Shown here: piece by piece, positions 54,301 to 64,000 of the stretch
How positions within the stretch are numbered: the first letter of the stretch is position 1
How the letters are laid out: each line of letters starts with the position of its first letter
Assembly (NCBI RefSeq): GCF_964355755.1
Contig: NC_092674.1
Coordinates: 23,312,001-23,376,000, forward strand
DNA length: 64,000 nucleotides
From: Antedon mediterranea
Taxonomy: Eukaryota > Animalia > Echinodermata
Direction: 5' to 3'
The notes under the pieces: generated by a model
Database searches by the model: none
What the model was told of the DNA's origin: nothing
Seen by the model: the letters and a program-made list of their open reading frames with translations, nothing else
Position numbers and translations under genes: made by a program

Positions 54301-55710
54301 TGTTATGGTTATATAATTAATTGAAAAATAGTTATATAATATTGTGTCATCATCTTGAACTCGTAAACATGCCAACACAAAGTGACAGGAAAAACTATTT
54401 TTTTATTTATAGGATGCTAAAAAAGATGAAGCTGTACGCAAAGCATACAAATATTTAGCAGCGCTGCACGAGGTAGGTTATGTTTCATCATTATTAATAT
54501 ATAATTAATAATTAATATATGAAGTAGTAATTGGTTTTTGCCGCATCAGGAAATCAGTATTCAGATGTTTTTTCCATAATTTGTTTCCTAATACAAAAAT
54601 TTGCAGACTGGTCTGTTGTGGGATTTGAACCTACAACATTCAAATAACTAGCCTGGCATTAATACCTCCAGACCACCAAAATATAACTAATTTTTTTTAA
54701 GTAGTAATTAAGAGGGTTGAAATGAATTGCCTGTTAGAAGCCAAACTAGTTCCATACTGTACATTGTTATACTATGCAAATTTATCCTCACAGAGCAGTA
54801 TTAATTATTTCTGGGTGGGGATACAAATATCAGATATATTCCACTGAATAATGTTATTTATTCCCGTTTCACATCTGCATAAATTGTTACAACTTGGTTT
54901 GATCTCCCGATTTATTACACGTTTTCATACCCGAACCCTGAGAAATCTCGGAAGGAAAGCGTAGTTGCACGCTATTTGGTTACTATGATTGGCCAGTTTA
55001 ATACCAGGGCAATACATGCGCACGCAGTAAGAACTCGGAACATCTCGGAAATCAAAAACACACCTCTCATCAGTGTGCTTTTCTTCCTGTGAAATCTCTG
55101 GAGATTCACACTATGCAAACCTGGTTACAACTTGTTACAAATTGCTACATTTTGCAGGTGTGAACAGGGTATTAGTCCAATAGTTTATTTGCTCAGTCAA
55201 CAAATTTTCTGTTATTGTTTCAGAACTGTGATTTGCTTATTAAAACAGTGGAAGAAACTGGACAGGTTGCACGAGAGATACGAGATCTCGAAGATCAGGT
55301 AACCACAATTCACTTCAATTCAACTAATTTTTATAGACCTGTCGCCAATTTGACTATCATTTTTCACATTTTGTTGGGATATGCAATTTTAATAACAACT
55401 GGATCGAAAAAAAAGAAGGATTTACCTGAAAAAATTTTAATGAAACCAAAAAATACTTATATTGACTGTAAGACAATCAAAAATTAACCATTTCTTTTGT
55501 CTTTATATAAGTGAAAACAATTTTTTTTTTACAGAAGTGAATAATTTTATGAAAACTGGCCTATTTAAGACATCTTTAATGTTTTTATCTTTGTAGATTG
55601 AGACAGAGAGCAGAAACAAGACAACAGATAACCTGGAAAAAATTACTGAAGACTACACAATGATGAAAAAAGAAAATCAACAACTGGTTGCCAAGCTTAA
55701 GGGCAAGTGA
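36382..55710 (+). CDS. CCDC22: Coiled-coil domain-containing protein 22 (CCC/Commander subunit), ~639 aa
   Basis: 17 exons: 36382-36431, 36978-37149, 37630-37762, 39538-39665, 40269-40353, 41159-41328, 41979-42182, 44583-44648, 50727-50846, 51062-51181, 51539-51655, 51835-51936, 52327-52434, 53786-53881, 54413-54472, 55224-55298, 55597-55710. Motifs MDEVDNIIIHTFRQIG, MSARFR, GYQTFLY, RSAYTKRILEIV, RKAYKYLAALHENC, REIRDLEDQI. Confidence 0.95.
37795..38309 (+). mobile_element. Kolobok/T2-type MITE (515 bp)
   Basis: TTAA TSD at 37791-37794 and 38310-38313; TIR agatgtattgtccctt / aagggacaatacatct. Confidence 0.85.
38500..38960 (-). mobile_element. RTE/RTEX-like LINE ORF2 fragment
   Basis: WHKILRQMV...YSNKRICEIVG..SLRDCIYSQYIRYVGHICR fits the post-RT region pattern. 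Confidence 0.6.
42762..43771. mobile_element. Non-autonomous piggyBac-type element (1010 bp)
   Basis: TTAA TSD at 42758-42761 and 43772-43775; TIR cactttgactgcca / tggcagtcaaagtg; subterminal direct repeat. Confidence 0.85.
44708..44909. mobile_element. Short Kolobok/T2-type MITE (relatives near 15620-15915 and 55420-55578)
   Basis: ttaa-agatatattgtc ... gacattacatct-ttaa. Confidence 0.6.
46430..47150 (-). mobile_element. Heavily decayed L2/Crack-like LINE 3' end
   Basis: Frameshifted RTKYCHF/SLNYSS/PELIK pieces and aataaagagattga tail. Confidence 0.35.
47255..47625. repeat. Minisatellite, ~33-bp unit (gtgtcccctgaatagaggggtccctttgatag), related to a Tc1/pogo-type MITE subterminal motif
   Basis: About 10 diverged units ending in gaggttctctgta. 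Confidence 0.85.
48559..48713. mobile_element. Harbinger-type MITE, family A (others at ~49138-49300 and ~49439-49597)
   Basis: agctctgtctacacta TIR and shared internal units. Confidence 0.7.
53353..53483. mobile_element. Harbinger-type MITE, another family
   Basis: TIR aggccaatttacatagacaag / cttgtctgtgtaaattggcct. Confidence 0.7.
54860..55172. mobile_element. Harbinger-type MITE, another family
   Basis: cccgtttcacatctgca / tgcaggtgtgaacaggg ends. Confidence 0.55.
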
Positions 55711-56239
55711 TCAGTTAGTCAGTGAATGGTACCTGTAACTAAACTTTGACCAGTGTTTGATATTCAATGACCAATTAGTCCAAGGTGGCTAAAGAGCAAT
55801 ATTTTGACCAAGGTCTTAAAATATTCAATCAATATTCAACTTTAAGGCAAGTGACCATTTAGGTTATGTTTGCCGAATGATTGAACCGGTTTTAATTAAT
55901 TTGGCACTGGTCAAATGACCATCAAGTGACAAGTTGAAATATCAATCGGCCACTGACCATTAACCAATGCCAAATTGGATGAGAAAATGACCATTGATTT
56001 AAATTGACTATATGTAGTGTTAACTGCGCTGAAGTATAATTTTACACTTAAAAAGACCAGTTGACCAATCAAAAGCTTTTAATATTCATATATCATCCTC
56101 ATTCTAATACTATCAATCAACGATAAAATTATTTTTTAACCCAGTATTGTATATGCTTGAGTGATTTGCATCCTGATGTGATCCTGTGTTTAGTATATAA
56201 TCACCTTATTGGAAAAATTCACCATTCATCCTTTTATCA

Positions 56240-56855
56240 TGACATTTCCCATGTCCTGCCTTATTTATACTGTTTAGTATTATCATCGCCCTGCTGAGAA
56301 AATCCGTCAACCTGCTAGGAAAATCCACCATTCTGCTGGGAGAATCCCCCATCCTGCTGGGAAAATCCATCATTCTCTGAAAAATCCCCATCCTGCTAGG
56401 AAAATCCCACAACCTTCTAGGAAAAGCTACCATCCTGCTGGGAAAATCTACCATCCTGCTGAGAAAAGCCACCATCCTACTTAAAAAAATCCCCCATTCT
56501 GCTAGGAAAATCTGTCAACCTGTTAGAAAAATCCCCCATCCTGCTGGGAAAATTTATCATCCTGCTGGGGAAAAGCCACCATCCTACTGGGAAAATACCC
56601 CATCCTGCTGGAAAAATCCACCATCCTGCTGGGAAAACCCCCATCCTGCTAGGAAAATTCCCCATGACCAATATTTTCCAACTCCACAATTACAGTGACA
56701 TTTCCTATGTCCTGTTATTATTTTTACTGTTTAGTATATCATGGCCCTGTTTGGAAAATCCACCATCCTATTGGGAAAATCCACCATCCTGCTAGGAAAA
56801 TGCACCAACCTGTTGGGAAAATCCCCATCACCAATGTTTTCCCACTTCCACAAGT
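56240..56855. repeat. Two tandem cassettes of a 20-21-bp minisatellite (ccatcctgctgggaaaatcc)
   Basis: Long array ~56290-56665 and short array ~56745-56830, each with the same flanks. Confidence 0.9.
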
Positions 56856-59137
56856 AATATTATCTGTACAGTTTTGTAATTCATAATCAAGAGAGATAAC
56901 TATTAATATTATGATATCTAACAGAGTATTGGCTAAATGCAGATAATTCTGAACCCATTGATATCATCTTTTATATGGTGACATTAGAATAACAGTACTA
57001 CAGTAAGCGTACAATAGCTAAAAAAATTAGATATAAGAATGTGGTCTTTACAATGGCATCAATGTTTTTCGCAAAGCAAATTAGCCTAATAATGCCACAT
57101 TTAGACACATGATTAATTGATTTCTGATATTCTGTACTTGTGTATGCATTACTAAAATAGTAGTTAATATATTTCATTTATAATGTATGGATAAACATTT
57201 ATTCATTTTTTTTTACATGTTCATGTTGTGTTTTAATTTTATATATTTATCAAAAAAAATACCAATACTGACACCATCCCAGTTTAATATTTCACAACCC
57301 AAATATTTCTTTCAATTCATGTGACGCACTTTTACAGATAAAATGCTCACCAGACTGGAACACATTGTGTTATGTTTTGTATTGTTAGCCGTCAGTCACC
57401 CCACTTATATTGAATGGTGAAATACATAGTTGGTATTGTGTGCATGCTATACATACAGTGCATGTTCCTACAAAGGTTTTGACTTTATAGTAGACTTTAC
57501 ATGTAGATTTTTTTTTTGTACCACTTTCCAGCTATACTATATTGCCTTGTGCTTCCTGTTTTAGTTTTATTTTATTCAATACAAGTTATAAAGAATCATT
57601 AACAATGGTGTTAGATTATGATAAAATATTAGTAATTATTCTGGGTTAAGAATGAAAACATGTTGGCAAACAGGGCATGTTATATACAAAACCTCACTGA
57701 CAGAAAAATTATTAAAGGCTTTTAAGAAGTCTAATTAGCAGTTGAAAACATAATAAATATTTTGGATGAAAGGAGCTCCTACTACAGTACACTTGGATCT
57801 TAATGGAGATACAAAATAAAGCAAAAAGCTAACTCAAAACGATAAAGTAAAACAGTCAGAAAAATTAGAAGAACTTTCGAGCAACACTAGCCCTTCATCT
57901 GTGCAAGTTGTTATATATATTTATATGCATCACTATATTAGCATGTTTTTTTTATCTATCTAAATAAGACAGAAAGAGGCAAATATGAAGTTTTTAATTC
58001 ATATTTGTGGTGGTCCATTGTAAATTGCATTGAGCTTTCTATGCTTTATTAAAGTAGTTTTTATATATAAAAATTCAAAATTTCAAATATACAGTACTAA
58101 AAGTCATTAGCATTGATAAAGATTAATTGTGAAATAAAAATCATTATCACAGTAACATTGTTCATGTGTGTAAACATTAGGAGTACCGTATAATAGAAAT
58201 TCTCATGCATGAATACAGTAGAATCCTATTAAGAAGATGCCTCCAAACTGTCCCTAATAGGGGTTGGAATGATAGTGTTAAAAACATACATTGTTCTTCT
58301 CTTGTTTAATGGTAAAGTGTCCCCTAAATGGGGGTGTTCCATTTTTGTACCATTAAAAGTAAAAAATAAATTAATTGAGCAGTAGTGATATGCACTATGT
58401 CTAATTTAATATGATGATCATAGTATTAGTCTGTGGTGCAGGATACAGATTTTTGAAATTATTAGGAGAGTCCAATGGGTTAAAAAATGGTAAAATAAAG
58501 GGCTGAACTCCATGCTTAACCCAATGTCCTATCCTTTGCATTGTAAATGTCGATGATGCCTCTACTCCTTGGATCTGCCTATCATTATTTTTTAGCAGTA
58601 GAAGAAATCATCAGAATTGTGAATTGTAAAACTGCCAGCTATCTTAATGTTTATTTTTAAAAATTGTCTGATTGTCAGTATGTTAATTGCATTATATATA
58701 TCAAATTATAAAAGTAAGTAGAGAAACACATTTTTTCAGTAATACATTTTGTTTCTGTAAGGCAATATTTCAATTAAGATGTTATGTTATAATGAATCAA
58801 TATTATAGTAAAAAAGATGTGAAATGTTTAAATGAAAATATATATTATTACATTAGCAGAAAGTTTTTGAACTCGTGCTTTATTTATTTTTTTATATTCA
58901 GAGAAGCTGGCAAATCGTTCAAATTGCGCATAACAACGGCACATAAATTTCAGCATATAAAAGTTCCTTGTACACACTGAATTCGATAGAGTTTCTATAT
59001 TGTTATACCATGGATTATAAGAATATCTATTCTTTAATTCTTTATACATTATTCAACGGAATTTCGGAACTGATGAGCCGCGTCGTAAAGTACTGTATTT
59101 AAAAAAAAAAGTTTATAGACGTTGGGTGCGGTAATCA

Positions 59138-59160
59138 TCACGTGCTTCAATTAGCCAATC
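59138..59160 (+). promoter_or_regulatory. Profilin promoter E-box plus CCAAT
   Basis: TCACGTG 59138-59144 and CCAAT 59155-59159. Confidence 0.45.
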
Positions 59161-59326
59161 GAAAACTCGTATACAGATTCACTTATTTCACACATACCCT
59201 TTTTTCAATCAACAACCCAACAAGCGACCACAGAGTTTGCTAGTTTTAGGTGTCTTCTCTAGCTAGGTAGAATTATTTATACATTCTACTCTTTGTATTG
59301 TACATTTATTCTAGATACTATTTAAA

Positions 59327-59749
59327 ATGAGCTGGGATTCATATATTGATAATCTAATTGCACAGAGTAAAGACGCAACTGGCGAATGTCATGCAAGCCG
59401 GGCATGTATAATTGGCTTAGATGGTGGAGCTGCATGGACGACGAATTTGCATGCCAATGCACTGCAAATAAAGGACGACGAGCGTGTGACCATTGCTAGG
59501 TGCTTTAAAAGTAAAGATTTTAATACGTTTATGCAAAGTGGAGTATGGTGCGAGGGTTTAAAATATCAGTTTCTACGAAGCGAAGATGATGTCTTAGTTT
59601 TGGCAAAAAAGAAAGAAAAGGGTTCTATAACTCTTCAATCATCGAAAACGGCAATTGTTATCACATTTACTCCAGACAGCAAACAGCAAGGATTTACAAA
59701 CAAAGCTGTTGGAGTCATTGCCGATTATCTGGAATCCATGAACATGTAG
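59327..59749 (+). CDS. Profilin, 140 aa, intronless CDS
   Basis: MSWDSYIDNLIAQSKD...IARCFKSKDF...KYQFLR...LQSSKTAIVI...NKAVGVIADYLES, as recalled for echinoderm-type profilins. Confidence 0.95.
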   Translation: MSWDSYIDNLIAQSKDATGECHASRACIIGLDGGAAWTTNLHANALQIKDDERVTIARCFKSKDFNTFMQSGVWCEGLKYQFLRSEDDVLVLAKKKEKGSITLQSSKTAIVITFTPDSKQQGFTNKAVGVIADYLESMNM

Positions 59750-62400
59750 GGGCTAGCGTAGCCCATGTCAGCCGGGACCTAGCTAATCCCCACACCTAGA
59801 ACCTGATCAATGACAATAGACTCTTACTTTTAATATCTTACTCACACTAGCCTTACTCACGTGCGCACGGGATTAATTATCCTACGACTCAAGACCTATA
59901 CATTCAGATGATTTTCTTTTGTCGTGTTTAGAATGAGCATTCTTTAAAAACTTATTAGGGCCTCACTATATTGTACTGTACTGTACTATAAATTCAAAGT
60001 TCTGGTTTTATCTGTTACAGTCACAGTTGAGTGTGTATTTTTTTGTTAAAATGATATAAAAACAGGCTTGTCTTAATTGCTCAGGCTGATTGGATAAAAA
60101 AACTACCAAATTGATTGGGAATACAGTTGTAATACTAAGTTGAGCTTCCAGTTTGGAATAATATTTGTGTTTATAAATTTGCACGAGCATTAAGTTAGTA
60201 TCAAACCAAACCAATTTTTTTGTTTGCTATGAACAAGTCGGAGTCTACTTATTTATACTAATCAACACACTGCTGTCACAGAGTCGGAACTATAACATTT
60301 AAACAAATGAGTATTTTGCCGTGCTGTGCTGACTCTGGGATAAATAACTATAGACCACACAAAAAGTGTAACTGTATACAACAAATATGTGTGTAGTACT
60401 GTAATGTTGGAAAACGAATTGTAATAACTTCCCAAAGAATAATTGATACCATTCAGAAAAGGACTTCTTAGTTGTCCTAAAAAGGACAGATAAATCCACT
60501 GTCAATGTAGCATACAAATTACAAGACAATGATCCTGGACCAAACAAGTTGAAAGTGTACAAAATAACAGCAGGACTGTCATTTGTGAACAACTTGCCAT
60601 AGAGACCTACATTACTGTAGTAACGAACAATAGCAGTTACATAATTGCAAACTAGCAAATAATATGTTGGACTTTGTACTTCTTAATTACTGGTTTCTAG
60701 TTTTGTTACCATCAATTGTGTTTAGATTTTAAATTTTGTTAACACAGTTTCTGAAATATTAAAGTATGTTAAAAGTATAGTCATATTGCCAACAACTTGT
60801 TTACTTTACTTTGATCAATTTTAATTTCCTTCCTCCCAAACTTTTGCAAAAGAAAAATGTAATTTCAGTTGAGTGTGAGAAATCTTCAGTAAGACTGTGA
60901 AATATTAGGCCAGTTTAGTAAGTTTTAGACAACATTTTAGAATTCTACAGCAAAAATGTATGATGAAAATTTTCATTTTGAACTCTGTTTCACAATATAG
61001 AAAAGGTTTATAATTATCTTAATGTGTTTGGTGTTTTTGAATGCCTACATGATACAATATATTATTGTGTATTATTCTGAGTACAAACTTTTATTTATGA
61101 TGTACTGTACTGTCATACAGTAGAACTTCTGCTTTGGGACACCCCCATTAAGGGAACACCTTTGAGTGCTAGATATTGTAGTTTTCAACCTCTAAGGGGA
61201 CAACATTTTGTTTCCATCAAAAAAACAACAGGCTTTTTATTGGTTAAACATAGACTGACAAATTTGCAAGTTCTTTAGTTGAGATCAATTATTGTTCATT
61301 TTGATTTTTTGAAATTTCGTTTTATTTTTGTAGTCTGCCAAAACCACCCCCCCCCCCCCCTATTGAGGGGAAAATTTGTTGTTTTCCTTAGTTACAGATT
61401 TGTTATTGTTTGTTTTATATTTTAAAAATATAAATAATTTTTCTATCTTAGTATTACTTGGATACGATAGTTCAGTATTTCTTTTAAACCGTTTTATTAT
61501 AAATCACTATATTTACTAAATAATAGTCCTTACAAGAATATTTTAATCTATGTAGACTACCATACTGTTGAGAGATAGATAATAAAATAAAACATTGTAT
61601 GCTCAGCATAAAAAAAGTTTTTTATTGTTCCTACTCCGCTTTATTTAGAGATTTCTACGAAAGCCCATTCAAGCTACTCTTTATATTTTAAGAGCTGGCT
61701 GGCTGGCCAGGAAGCTCTTAAAATATAATTAACTAGTGGCCCGAATAGGCCTCAGTAGATTTCAATTTCTTTTTCTGTTGAAATATAAAATCAATTTATT
61801 TAATCTCGTATATTTATGTGAAATAATAGCAGAAGCTTTTAACTAAAATCTTTTGAGATTTTTTTTCTGTGACTTATAATTTCGACTAGAGCCAGTTTAT
61901 TTTTAAATTACCAAACCAAGTTTCAAAAGACAATACTGTGGCATTAATTAAATTTCTATTTTGATATGGACATATGTCTATGGAATTCCTAGCGTTGCAT
62001 GAACAGAATATCAATTAAGTTCTGTAGGCATTCGCATTTAAAATTGCAGTTGTCTAAGAACTTAATTGTTCATAGTAAAATGTAGGTATATACCAAACGC
62101 CAAATTTCACACCTTTAAAGCGTTGTATCGGGTCCAATGTAAATGTAAACGCACGTGTATGTCGCCATGGTGAAACAATCCAGTGTACCAATAATTGATA
62201 CTTCATTATCACTTAAATCGTGACATCATCTTCAGCACCGTCCTCATAATCATTTTATTTACCTTCTAAAATGACCGTGTGCGATTAAAGGAAGTTCAAG
62301 ATGTACTGCTTTATAACTATTTCTTTCCACACGTCGTACATGTTGGAGTTTAGACGTCCAAATGTGAGCACACCCCTTCTAAAAAAACACGTTTCCATCC

Positions 62401-63090
62401 CCCGGGCCGCGATATTTGTTTTCGTACATAAGTTGGGGACCCTCATGAAACGTCACAAAATAAACATGAATATTCATTAGTCGGTTTCCATTCAGCGTGG
62501 TTCCCACTAGCGACGCAACACAAGGACGAAACGCAACGCAAGTGAACTGACTAATCACAAGCGATGGCTTATTCGCTTGTGATTGCTAACTGTCTATAAC
62601 TTCGCTTGACATTGGTTAAAACGCTAGCGTTGCGTTTACGTCCTTGTGTTACGTTCTAGTGGAAACCAAGCTTAAGGTGTGACGTAAGAATTGAGCTAAT
62701 TACAATTCGCTAATGCATACGCTTTCTGTCGAGCCGTCTGTGTAGTCGAGTGGATTAGATTATGGGGTTCGAATCCCATGAGCAACTTCTTTTTACTTTA
62801 TAGTGAGCTAGAGGTTAAGCTTGGTTCTCACTAGAACGTAACGCAAGGACGTAAACGCAACGCAAGCGTTTTAACCAATGACAAGCGAAGTTATAGACAG
62901 TTAGCTCACAAGCGAATAAGCCATCGCTTGTGATTAGTCAATTCACTTGCGTTGCGTTGTGTTGCGTCGCTAGTGGGAACCACGCTTTATTTAGAGGGTT
63001 ACGGTTAGTTATATTTAGGAAATAGTTCGGCTATCTTACACATAAGAGGTCCCCAACTTATATACGAAAAATAAAATCGCCCACGGCGGG
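62401..63090. mobile_element. TIR element with apparent CCATCC TSD, containing two inverted Harbinger-type MITEs (62494-62672, 62818-62986) and a tRNA-like core
   Basis: Outer inverted repeat gcgatatttgttttcgtacataagttggggacc / ggtccccaacttatatacgaaaaataaaatcgc; ccatcc at 62395-62400 and 63091-63096. Confidence 0.7.
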
Positions 63091-64000
63091 CCATCCCCTC
63101 TCCCTATTCCTCCTGTTTTTTCATCATTTCTTTAACAATCATTATCATTCTCTCTGTGATGTTGATTTAAAAGAGATGTTCGTGGTCATCGTCTTGACCA
63201 CCACCACTACAACAAGCACGATCATTGTTGTTACCGTGGCACCTCTTGGGTTCTTACCATCAACATTACCACCGTCATCTTTGTTACCGCGGCACCTCTT
63301 GCGTTTTGCTGCCATCATTAATCATTAAAATGTACAAAACGAAGTTCAATTGACTTTATGAAACATAGACGTAACATTTACTTAATATATAATTTAGGTT
63401 TTACTTGGGGTCACGCTATAGCTTCAGATAAAAGGAATTCAGTCAAGAATGATTGAGAATGATCAATACGATGAATCACTAGCGTCAGACGTGCCAAAAG
63501 GCAAACAAAATAAATGTCGATACAGGCAGACAGACAGCTCATTAGCTGGTGTAGTATTGATGACACAAAAGAAGTACGTGATGTTCAAAGAATGCACGAA
63601 GGGTCGGGCCAACGTCTGGAGACGAAGCGTCGTTGAGTTTTCGTGCATTCCTTGCCCAATATAACTTTCACTGATAATAATCCTATTCGGTACCGTGTTA
63701 GTGGTGACGTAGACCTAGATAATGTTTCAATCTCACTATTTTCTATTTGAAGGTCCAAATCCCGCCTGACCATTACATTTCCTTTTGTGAGTATTTTTTT
63801 TATTTATTTATACTACAATTACAATTTTATCTTTATTATCATTTATCCTCCATTTCATTTCACCTTCGCTTAGTTCTTAGGCCTAGATATTTAAAGGAAT
63901 ATCTAAATAGCCTATATATGGTACAACAAAGGCTTGGTACAAATAAATATAAACAAGCTGGAAAATTAATTAAAAGAAATCCTATAAACTAGACCTATAC

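Noticed and set aside
56206-56689. Repetitive ORFs (FPSRM..., PAGW...)
   Set aside because: Translations of the 20-21-bp minisatellite.
59070-59095. Hammerhead ribozyme at ctgatgagccgcgtcgtaaag
   Set aside because: No GAAA after a proper stem II.
60299-60658. 119-aa minus-strand ORF downstream of profilin
   Set aside because: Non-ATG start, no recognisable motif and no splice context.
62730-62790. tRNA gene (also 32781-32850 and 54610-54680)
   Set aside because: A/B boxes are present but there is no complete cloverleaf; SINE-like relics.

Overview
AT-rich eukaryotic DNA with spliceosomal GT-AG introns, from an invertebrate that is probably an echinoderm (inferred from the profilin type). 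Five intact genes were reconstructed by hand. On the minus strand: a KLHL5/KLHL1-like BTB-BACK-Kelch gene (9 coding exons, 8978-17913) and two tandem arylsulfatase A-like genes (4 coding exons each, 19994-23939 and 27188-29701). On the plus strand: CCDC22 (17 exons, 36382-55710) and a profilin with an intronless CDS (59327-59749). The rest is dense with non-autonomous transposons (PIF/Harbinger, Kolobok-type, piggyBac-type and Tc1/pogo-type MITEs, Helitron/Helentron derivatives), SINEs, LINE remnants and minisatellites. Most notable: (1) a ~3.3 kb Helentron/HINE-like composite with two homologous 3' ends enclosing a decayed cyclin fragment and a possible Zn-deaminase-like fragment; (2) the sulfatase duplication junction, triplicated with two poly(A)-tailed spacers; (3) a Helitron present in one paralog with the empty site visible in the other; (4) TAGGCCTA/CTAG clusters in first introns; (5) a nested ~690 bp foldback near the window end. 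All calls come from reading the sequence; no database searches were run.
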